Positions 1 through 6,918 of a stretch of DNA of 14,031 nucleotides are shown here, one piece after another. Position 1 is the first letter of the stretch. Each line of letters starts with the position of its first letter. The notes beneath the pieces are model-generated. The model made no database searches. It saw only the letters and a list, made by a program, of their open reading frames with translations, and was not told where the DNA came from. Made by a program: the position numbers and the translations under genes. Source of the stretch: Halodesulfurarchaeum sp. (GTDB lineage: Archaea > Halobacteriota > Halobacteria > Halobacteriales > Halobacteriaceae); NCBI GenBank assembly GCA_042216015.1, contig JBDGUI010000001.1, forward strand, positions 11,100 to 25,130, given 5' to 3'.

Positions 1-63
1 GTACGTCGGTCTTGGTGATCACTGGAAGTACGTCGGTCTTGGTGATTACTGAAGGTACGTCGG
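1..63. repeat. 27-bp tandem repeat (2 full copies plus 9 nt cut by the window edge) overlapping the 3' end of the zinc-finger microprotein gene
   Basis: Minus strand: CCGACGTACCTTCAGTAATCACCAAGA (63-37), CCGACGTACTTCCAGTGATCACCAAGA (36-10), CCGACGTAC (9-1). Full copies are 24/27 identical. Confidence 0.95.
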
Positions 64-180
64 GTCCTCGGCGTCACAGTTTTCCTCGTGCTGACTCGCT
101 TCTTCCCGGTCGTCGAACATCATTCCACACATCTCACAGACGTACCAGGTCGAGCCGTCCCTTTCCGTTTCCTTCACCAT
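46..180 (-). CDS. Small C2HC/C2H2-like zinc-finger protein, 44 aa (resembles the haloarchaeal DUF7128-type microproteins)
   Basis: Manual translation MVKETERDGSTWYVCEMCGMMFDDREEASQHEENCDAEDPTYLQ*. C-x2-C-x12-H-x3-C with the aromatic residues typical of beta-beta-alpha fingers, acidic composition, and a TATA-like CATATAC about 24 nt upstream. Below the ORF-track size cutoff. The family name is from recall. Confidence 0.88.
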   Translation of the reverse strand: MVKETERDGSTWYVCEMCGMMFDDREEASQHEENCDAEDPTYLQ

Positions 181-203
181 GGGGGTATATCGAGTCGCCG
201 GGA

Positions 204-210
204 GTATATG
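204..210 (-). promoter_or_regulatory. Putative TATA box of the zinc-finger microprotein gene
   Basis: CATATAC on the minus strand, ending 24 nt before the ATG at 180, which fits leaderless spacing. Confidence 0.5.
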
Positions 211-253
211 CATTCCCCCGCCACGCTTTTGGCCGTCGGCTCGAAGTCAGCCC

Positions 254-2338
254 ATGAGCCCGAACGCGGCGCGCGAGGCAATTTTGCGGGAATCCCGATC
301 CCGGGACGCGGGCCAGGGAGTCATCAGGCTCTCCCGGGAACTCATGAGGGATCTTGGCATTCTCAGCGGCGAGACGGTTCGGATCGAGGGGGAAGCTGCG
401 ACGGTCGCCCGGGTCTGGCCCGGCAGGGACACGCTCGGTCGAAACGAGATCCGGGCAGACGGGGAACTCAGGGCGAACGCCGAGGCAGCGATCGGGGACC
501 CCGTCACGGTTCGCCCCGTCGAACTCGCAGATGCCGATCGAGTCACCCTCGTCCCGACTGCCGAACTCGGACGCGATCGAGACGCGGTCGAAGACGCACT
601 GGAAACCCGCCTGCTGAATCGATCGGTTCGATCGGGCCAGCAGGTCAAGATCGACTCACTCGCGCTCGGCGAGTTTCGGGTGACCGAGACGACCCCGGAT
701 GAGCCGGTCCGGATCACCGAGGAGACGGCGATCGAGGTGGGGGAGACGGCGACGACCTCGACGGGGGTCGGGGTCACCTACGAGGACATCGGCGGGCTCG
801 ACGACGAACTCGAGGCCGTGCGGGAACTGGTCGAGGTGCCACTCGCCGATCCGGGACTCTTCAGACGACTGGGCATCGACCCCCCGAAGGGCATTCTCCT
901 CTATGGCCCGCCGGGAACGGGGAAGACCCGGATCGCGCGGGCCGTCGCCAACGAGGCAAACGCCCACTTCATTTCGGTGTCTGGCCCGGAGATCGTCCAG
1001 AAGTACAAGGGCGAGTCCGAGCAACGGATTCGGGAGGTCTTCGAGGAGGCCCGCATCGAGTCACCGAGCGTGGTCTTCTTCGACGAACTCGACGCGATCG
1101 CCGGCAAGCGGGATGGTGGTGGGGACATGGAGAACCGGATCGTCGCCCAGTTGCTCGCCGAACTCGACGGACTGGAGGCCCGGGGTGAAATGGTGGTCAT
1201 CGGAGCGACCAATCGGATCGACGCGATCGATCCGGCACTTCGCCGACCGGGACGGTTCGACCGCGAGGTCGAGATCGGCGTCCCAGACCGGGACGGGCGC
1301 GAGGAGATTCTCCGGATTCACACCCGTGGGATGCCGCTGGGCGAGGATGTCGACCTCGCCGACCTCGCCGATCGGACCCCCGGTTTCGTGGGCGCCGACC
1401 TCCAGGCACTGGTGGTCGAGGCCGCGATGGACGCACTCTCCCGGCATCGGGACGGGGACGCCCCGGACCTTTCGGTCGAACGATCGGATCTCGAAGGGGC
1501 GCTGTCGACCGTCGAACCGTCCGCAATGCGGGAGTTCGTCGCCGAACTGCCCGAGACGTCCTTCGAGGACATCGGCGGACTCGACTCGGTGAAACAGACC
1601 CTGCGGGAGGCCGTGGAGTGGCCCCGCACCCACCGGGAGCTGTTCCTTGAGACCGACACCGATCCGCCCTCCGGGATACTCCTCCATGGCCCACCGGGAA
1701 CGGGAAAGACGATGCTCGCTCGGGCCGTCGCGAGCGAGAGCGGCGTCAACTTCGTACGCGTCGCCGGTCCGGAACTCTACGACCGCTACGTCGGCGAATC
1801 CGAACGGGCCGTTCGCGAACTCTTCGAGCGCGCCCGTCAGGCCGCCCCGACCGTCGTCTTCCTCGACGAACTCGATGCGATCGCTGGCAAGCGCGGAGAC
1901 ACCCAGGAGGTGACCGAACGCGTGGTCTCCCAGCTCCTCACCGAACTCGACGCGGCCGCAGCCGACCCGAACCTCGTCGTGCTTGCGGCCACGAATCGGT
2001 TCGAGGCGATCGATCCGGCACTCCTGCGACCGGGCCGGCTCGAGCGCCACGTCTACGTCCCTGAACCCGACGACGTCGCTCGCCGGGAAATTCTCCAGGT
2101 CAAGACGGAGGCGAAACCTCTCGCTGACGACGTGGCTCTGGACTCTCTGGCTGCTGACACGAACGGCTACACGGGCGCGGACCTCGAAGCCCTCGTCCGG
2201 GAGGCGTCGATGCGGGCGATCAGGAGCGCCGTCGCGGACGACAGCGAGACGGGCGAGAGCGTCACGATCACCGCGGCGCACTTCTCGGACGCGATGGACG
2301 TCTTGCATCCCGAGAATGGGCCCGAACGGGACCGTTGA
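254..2338 (+). CDS. cdc48: CDC48/VCP-family AAA+ ATPase (paralog), 694 aa
   Basis: N-domain (RDAGQGVIRL...), two AAA modules each with Walker A GPPGTGKT, Walker B VVFFDELD/VVFLDELD and SRH IDPALRRPGRFD/IDPALLRPGRLE. Start placed at ATG 254 because ATG 179 overlaps the divergent gene start and adds non-acidic sequence. Confidence 0.95.
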   Translation: MSPNAAREAILRESRSRDAGQGVIRLSRELMRDLGILSGETVRIEGEAATVARVWPGRDTLGRNEIRADGELRANAEAAIGDPVTVRPVELADADRVTLVPTAELGRDRDAVEDALETRLLNRSVRSGQQVKIDSLALGEFRVTETTPDEPVRITEETAIEVGETATTSTGVGVTYEDIGGLDDELEAVRELVEVPLADPGLFRRLGIDPPKGILLYGPPGTGKTRIARAVANEANAHFISVSGPEIVQKYKGESEQRIREVFEEARIESPSVVFFDELDAIAGKRDGGGDMENRIVAQLLAELDGLEARGEMVVIGATNRIDAIDPALRRPGRFDREVEIGVPDRDGREEILRIHTRGMPLGEDVDLADLADRTPGFVGADLQALVVEAAMDALSRHRDGDAPDLSVERSDLEGALSTVEPSAMREFVAELPETSFEDIGGLDSVKQTLREAVEWPRTHRELFLETDTDPPSGILLHGPPGTGKTMLARAVASESGVNFVRVAGPELYDRYVGESERAVRELFERARQAAPTVVFLDELDAIAGKRGDTQEVTERVVSQLLTELDAAAADPNLVVLAATNRFEAIDPALLRPGRLERHVYVPEPDDVARREILQVKTEAKPLADDVALDSLAADTNGYTGADLEALVREASMRAIRSAVADDSETGESVTITAAHFSDAMDVLHPENGPERDR

Positions 2339-2390
2339 TCCCTCGACTCGAACCGACACGCTCTCCCGTCTCTCCCCCTCACGGATACCC

Positions 2391-3047
2391 ATGATTCGGG
2401 CCGTCGTGTTCGACATGGACGGGGTGATCGTCGACACGGAGCAGTACTGGGTGGAGGCAGAGCGCGAGATTCTCGACGCCGCGCTGCCCGACGGACACGA
2501 CGTCGATCCTCACGACATCACGGGCATCAACGTCCACGAACAGTACGGAATGCTCGCCGATGAGTATGACCTCCTGGTCAGCAAGCAGGAGTACTTCGAC
2601 CTCTTCGACAGGGAGGCCGAGGGCGTCTACGAACGGGCCGATCTCCTCGCCGGCTTTCACGATCTCCTCGATGCGATCGAGGAGCGTGACAGACCGATCG
2701 GTCTCGCCACCTCCTCGTATCCTCGCTGGATCGACATCGTCTTTGAGGCGCACGATCTCGGGGACCGGTTCGACGAGGTGCTGAGCGCGGCGGATCTGGA
2801 TGGCCCGGGCAAGCCCGAGCCCCTGATCTACGAGACCGTGGCCGGACGGCTTGACGTCGACCCTGACGAGATGCTCGTGGTCGAGGATTCCGAGAACGGC
2901 GTCGCCGCTGCGGCGGACGCGCGCGCCTATACGATCGCGTACGCCGCGAACGCCCACGCCGAGACCGACCACTCACCTGCAGACGAGGTGGTCGAGACGC
3001 CCGCGGAGCTACGAAGGCGAATCGTGGCCCTCCTTGACGGGGAATAA
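2391..3047 (+). CDS. HAD-superfamily hydrolase/phosphatase (beta-PGM/CbbY-like subfamily IA), 218 aa
   Basis: Motif I VFDMDGVIVDT, motif II ATSS, motif III GKPEP, motif IV VVEDSENG. Start at ATG 2391 (MIRAVVFD) inside the longer 1983..3047 ORF. Confidence 0.93.
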   Translation: MIRAVVFDMDGVIVDTEQYWVEAEREILDAALPDGHDVDPHDITGINVHEQYGMLADEYDLLVSKQEYFDLFDREAEGVYERADLLAGFHDLLDAIEERDRPIGLATSSYPRWIDIVFEAHDLGDRFDEVLSAADLDGPGKPEPLIYETVAGRLDVDPDEMLVVEDSENGVAAAADARAYTIAYAANAHAETDHSPADEVVETPAELRRRIVALLDGE

Positions 3048-3052
3048 TGGCT

Positions 3053-3141
3053 ACCAGGCGAAACGGCCCATTCGGCGGACAGGTGTTTCGCACACCCGCA
3101 GTGCTGCCCGCCGCAATTCTCAGTGCATGGGCCGTTCTGGT
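3053..3141 (-). ncRNA. Candidate structured small RNA / nested inverted-repeat element
   Basis: Nested stems: ACCAG/CTGGT (3053-57/3137-41), AACGGCCCAT/ATGGGCCGTT (3062-71/3127-36), CGGCGGGCAG/CUGUCCGCCG on the minus strand (3113-04/3082-73, one G-U), inner GGUGU-GCGAA-ACACC. A promoter-like element lies immediately upstream on the minus strand. Confidence 0.45.
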
Positions 3142-3152
3142 CCGGTTTTCGG

Positions 3153-3165
3153 GTATAAACTTTCG
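3153..3165 (-). promoter_or_regulatory. Consensus haloarchaeal BRE-TATA promoter without a downstream protein gene
   Basis: Minus strand CGAAAG-TTTATAC, the best promoter match in the window. Predicted TSS about 3128-3130. Confidence 0.65.
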
Positions 3166-3206
3166 CACGGAAGTGAATCAAATCCTCGAACCGTGTCGTT
3201 CGAACG

Positions 3207-3279
3207 CTCCCAGTAGGCCCTCGTCCTGGCACAGTAGAAGGCCTTCGTCCTTCCGTCACCAGAAAGCCTTCGTCCGGGC
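3207..3279 (-). repeat. Three degenerate 24-25 bp tandem copies of the lhr 3' end
   Basis: GCCCGGACGAAGGCTTTCTGGTGA (3279-3256, ARTKAFW*), GGAAGGACGAAGGCCTTCTACTGT (3254-3231, GRTKAFYC), GCCAGGACGAGGGCCTACTGGGAG (3230-3207, ARTRAYWE). Confidence 0.85.
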
Positions 3280-6081
3280 GTACTCCCGTTCGCGCTCGAG
3301 GATGTCTCTGTAGAAGTCCTGTTCTGTCTCGCGGTGCCGGTTGATGATTCGTGCGGCGTTTTCGGGACCGACGCCGCGCCCCGAGAGCGCGATGACGGCC
3401 TTCTTTCCGTGACCCTGCACGAGACTGGCATTGCGATAGGCCCGCTCGGTTCGCTTCTGTTGGTCCTCGTCCTTGTCGTCGGCCCGGATGGCCGATACGA
3501 CGCCCTCGGCGTATGGGCTGAGGGCCGCGATCTGGGTCGACTCGCAGTGTGGGCACTGGGGCTGGTCCGGAACGCGACTGACCGTCATTTCGCGGTCGTA
3601 GTCCAGACAGTGCAGACAGACCAGCCTGACCCGGTCGTCCTGGATCCGGTCTCGGACAGTATCGATCACGCTTGCGTCGGCGTTCTCAGGGGTTAGCAAC
3701 TCCGAACCGCTCTGGCGCCCGCCAGTGCCGATCGCCGTCCGCTCACCGATGGAATCGAGTTCTACGGAGCCGTCCTGGATCGCTCCGAGCACCGATTTCG
3801 TCCGCTCGACGTCGAGTTCCTCGTGGAACACCTCCCTGATCGCCTCGTCGTAAATCGGCGTGTCCTCCAGAGCGGTCATGACCCTGTTGAGGGAAACGCC
3901 ATCACCACCCTTCCACCGTTTGAGCGCGCCGAACTTGGCGGCGACCTGTGCGAGGGTGAACTTCAGGGTCTCCGAGCCGTCGAGGCTGAGTTCGAGGAGT
4001 GGCCCCACGTGCTGCGGTTCGGTTGTCTCAAGGATTTCCCGAACGGCCGGGGCCCGGATGCCACGGGGGACGTCGAGTTCGACCCGATACGGATCCACCT
4101 CGAGCCCGACCGTCGAGCCCGTTCGTTGCCCAAGAAGCGCGGCCAGCAACCGGCCGATGGTCTCGTTGCCCTTGCGCCCGCCACAGACGTTGAGCCCGAT
4201 TTCCCCGCCCTGGGACTCGATGAGGAGTCGCGTGTCCGTCGGGACCGGTGCACCGGAGTCGACGTGGTTCTCGATCCGATCCAGTGCCCGTTCGATGGTC
4301 TCCGGGCTCGCCGGATACCGACTCGCCAGGTCCATCGCGACGGCCTCGGTCGACGCCCCAGTTTCGAGTTGCGAGGCAGCGGCCTCCCGGAGTTCGCCGA
4401 CCTCCTGGGCCACCTCGAAGGGGACGGGGATCTCCTGGCCGGTCCAGGAGGGGACCTCCCCCGTGGGATCCTCGATGGGCGAGACCTCGACCCGCTCTTT
4501 TTCCTCGTCGATCTCCGAGATTCGCCACATGTCCCCGCGCTGGATGAACGAGGCCCCCGGCTCGGCGAAGTTGACCACGAAGCGCTCGTCCAGGGTGCCG
4601 ACCTGGGAGCCACTGGCGATGTCGAAGACCTCGTAGGTCTCCTCGTCGGGAATCATCGAAAGGTTCCGGTAGTAGTACTGCCAGGTGCCCCCTGACTTCT
4701 CGATCCGGTCTGCCTCCTCGTCGAGCCAGAGAACGTAATTCGAGTTCAGTTCGCGGACGACCGCTTTGAACGTCTCCTGGTCGAGATCCCGGAACGGGTA
4801 CGCGTTCGTGAGGATCTCGTAGGCGCCCCGAGCGGAAATCTCCCCCGCGTCCATCACGAGCCCGACGATCTGGTTTGCGACCACGTCGAGGCTCCCGTGG
4901 TGGATCGCGGCCGGCTCGACGGCTCCCGCTTTGGCCCGCCGGGCGATCGCGAGCGCCTCGAGGGTGTCGTCCGGGTGGCCGGTGACGACCGTCCCATCGG
5001 AGACCATATCGTGGCGATGCCCGGCACGTCCGACCCGCTGGAGCAGGCGGGCGACCTCGCGGGGGCTCGAGTACTGGACGACGTGATCGATCCGGCCGAC
5101 ATCGATTCCGAGTTCCATCGAGGAGGTACAGAGCAGGGCGTCGAGGTCGCCGTCCTTGAACCGGTCCTCCACGTCGATCCGGGCGTCCTTCGAGAGCGAG
5201 CCGTGGTGGACGCCGATGTTCGCCCCCATCTCCTTGAAACGCGATCCAAGCGCCTCGGCGGTTTGCCTGGTGTTGACGAACACGAGGGTCGAATCCTGGG
5301 ATTCCACGATCTCAGTGATGTACCGGAGGTGACTGGCAACCGCCGGGGTGGTCATGGCCTCGGAGGCCAGGTCGCGGTCGGCCTCCGTGATCGCGGGCTG
5401 GGCGACCTCGACATCGATCTTGCTCGCGACGTCGACCGAGACGATTTCACACCCACGATCGCCGGTCAGAAACTTTCCGACCTCCCCTGGATCTCCCACC
5501 GTGGCCGAGAGTCCGACCCGCTGGATCGGCCCCGCTAGCTCCCGGAGACGCTCGAGTGCCACCGTCAATTGCGCCCCGCGCTTCGCGGCGGCCAGCTCGT
5601 GTACCTCGTCGACGACCACGTAGTCGACGTCCTCGAGTCCCTCGCGGAGTTTCGACCCGGAGAGCATCGCCTGCACCGTCTCCGGGGTCGTCACCAGGAC
5701 GTCGGGTGGGTCCTCGGCCTGCTGCTTGCGCTGATACTGGGTCGTATCGCCGTGGCGAACCTGCACGTCGAGGTCGAGTTCCTCCCCCCACCACTCGAGC
5801 CGGTCGCGCATGTCACGATTGAGTGCCCGAAGCGGGGTGACATACAGCGCTCCGAACCCATCGCGAGGTTCCTCGACCAGTTCGTCGAAAATCGGGAGCA
5901 TTGCCGTCTCCGTCTTGCCGGTCCCCGTGGGAGCGATCACGAGGGTATGTTGGCCGGCGGCGATCGGTGGAATCGCCCGGCGCTGGGGCTCGGTAGGGGT
6001 GAAGAACCCCCGTTCGGAGAGGGCCGACCTGACAGCTGGCCCGAGGGTGGCAAAGGCGTCGGCGTGCCCCGACTCGCTCAT
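3256..6081 (-). CDS. lhr: Lhr-family SF2 DEAD/DEAH-box helicase with C-terminal Cys4 motif, 941 aa
   Basis: Q motif PTEPQ, APTGTGKT, PLRAL, VRHGDT, TTPET, DEVH, GLSAT, HHGSLS, SSMELGID, QRVGRAGH. Lhr-typical MIPDE and GTLDERF segments. C-terminal CLHC...CPHC. Confidence 0.95.
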   Translation of the reverse strand: MSESGHADAFATLGPAVRSALSERGFFTPTEPQRRAIPPIAAGQHTLVIAPTGTGKTETAMLPIFDELVEEPRDGFGALYVTPLRALNRDMRDRLEWWGEELDLDVQVRHGDTTQYQRKQQAEDPPDVLVTTPETVQAMLSGSKLREGLEDVDYVVVDEVHELAAAKRGAQLTVALERLRELAGPIQRVGLSATVGDPGEVGKFLTGDRGCEIVSVDVASKIDVEVAQPAITEADRDLASEAMTTPAVASHLRYITEIVESQDSTLVFVNTRQTAEALGSRFKEMGANIGVHHGSLSKDARIDVEDRFKDGDLDALLCTSSMELGIDVGRIDHVVQYSSPREVARLLQRVGRAGHRHDMVSDGTVVTGHPDDTLEALAIARRAKAGAVEPAAIHHGSLDVVANQIVGLVMDAGEISARGAYEILTNAYPFRDLDQETFKAVVRELNSNYVLWLDEEADRIEKSGGTWQYYYRNLSMIPDEETYEVFDIASGSQVGTLDERFVVNFAEPGASFIQRGDMWRISEIDEEKERVEVSPIEDPTGEVPSWTGQEIPVPFEVAQEVGELREAAASQLETGASTEAVAMDLASRYPASPETIERALDRIENHVDSGAPVPTDTRLLIESQGGEIGLNVCGGRKGNETIGRLLAALLGQRTGSTVGLEVDPYRVELDVPRGIRAPAVREILETTEPQHVGPLLELSLDGSETLKFTLAQVAAKFGALKRWKGGDGVSLNRVMTALEDTPIYDEAIREVFHEELDVERTKSVLGAIQDGSVELDSIGERTAIGTGGRQSGSELLTPENADASVIDTVRDRIQDDRVRLVCLHCLDYDREMTVSRVPDQPQCPHCESTQIAALSPYAEGVVSAIRADDKDEDQQKRTERAYRNASLVQGHGKKAVIALSGRGVGPENAARIINRHRETEQDFYRDILEREREYARTKAFW

Positions 6082-6105
6082 TGTCGGAGGTTACGCGAGC
6101 GACCG

Positions 6106-6111
6106 GTTAAG
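6106..6111 (-). promoter_or_regulatory. Putative TATA box of lhr
   Basis: CTTAAC on the minus strand, 25 nt upstream of ATG 6081. Confidence 0.5.
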
Positions 6112-6177
6112 CCCGTTGTTCGCCCGTACGCCTGGCTTCGGTGGCGGGGCCGGGACAGATCGAGTCGATCGGGAGTT

Positions 6178-6918
6178 TCAGATCGAATCGTATTGCCCCA
6201 GCCGCGTTCCGTCGAGGAGGTATGCCTGCGCGGTCGGGGCGGCCTCGGGGAGGAACGGGGAGAGAAACTCCTGTCCGGCAACGTTCACCCAGGTTCCACC
6301 GACCAGTTCGTTGAACGAGGGGAAGACCACCACCTCCGCTGGCCCGCCGATCTCTGCGTCGTGGTGGCGCTCGAATGGCGTCGGATCGCCGTCACCGCGG
6401 AGCCAGGCCCGCTCGATTCGACTCCCGCCGACCTCGTCTTCCAGGCGGATACATGGATGCTCGTGCCCAACGGCCAGCACGGAGACGTCGAGGACCTCGG
6501 GATCCGGCCAGGTGTGCCCGTGGACGAAACCCAGGTCGCCGATCCTGACTCCCGTCCCGCTGGCCACCTCGATGTCCAGTGCATCGCCCAGCAGGCCGTC
6601 GTGGTTCCCGGGCACGAGGAGCACGTCTCGCTTCCGGAGGGCGTGTTCGAGGTCCAGCAGCTCTTCGAGTTCGGCCCCGTCGGGCTGGCCGATGTGGTTG
6701 CCCAGGTCCCCGAGAAAGAGCACCTGGCCTGGAGCGATCCGTTCGATGAGGCCAACGAGGCGTTCGCGGCGCTCCTCGGCCCGGCTCTCGACTTCAACCC
6801 CCTCCCGGCGGAAGCTTCGCTCGATACCGGCGTGGTAGTCCGCGACGACGAGGATCGGACCGTTCGGTCCGTCTGCCACGGCGGCGGGTTCGCCCTCCAG
6901 GGGCTCGATCGCGGCCAT
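6178..6918 (-). CDS. Calcineurin-like metallophosphoesterase (RPA-operon Rpe-like), 246 aa
   Basis: Motifs ADYH, LGDL, GNHD, HGH, GHEHP. Its ATG directly follows the stop codon of the upstream RPA-associated gene. Confidence 0.92.
   Translation of the reverse strand: MAAIEPLEGEPAAVADGPNGPILVVADYHAGIERSFRREGVEVESRAEERRERLVGLIERIAPGQVLFLGDLGNHIGQPDGAELEELLDLEHALRKRDVLLVPGNHDGLLGDALDIEVASGTGVRIGDLGFVHGHTWPDPEVLDVSVLAVGHEHPCIRLEDEVGGSRIERAWLRGDGDPTPFERHHDAEIGGPAEVVVFPSFNELVGGTWVNVAGQEFLSPFLPEAAPTAQAYLLDGTRLGQYDSI

Noticed and set aside
1..63. CRISPR-like array
   Set aside because: Units are contiguous with no unique spacers, derive from a gene end, and no cas genes are present.
179..253. N-terminal extension of Cdc48 from ATG 179
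   Set aside because: It overlaps the start and promoter of the divergent microprotein gene and its composition is unlike the acidic remainder.
3080..3127. Cys-rich frame CTENCGGQHCGCAKH on the minus strand (metallothionein-like)
   Set aside because: No in-frame start codon between the promoter and the motif. Probably a by-product of the GC-rich hairpin, though a decayed microgene cannot be fully excluded.
3051..3128. Selenocysteine/read-through peptide MH*ELRRAALRVCETPVRRMGRFAW with a downstream hairpin as SECIS
   Set aside because: Halobacteria are not known to encode Sec machinery, and the peptide is basic with no selenoprotein motif.
3053..3141. Hammerhead ribozyme, C/D box RNA or tRNA
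   Set aside because: CUGAGA and GAAAC are present but not in the CUGANGA/stem II/GAAA arrangement. No box C (RUGAUGA), and no cloverleaf or T-loop.
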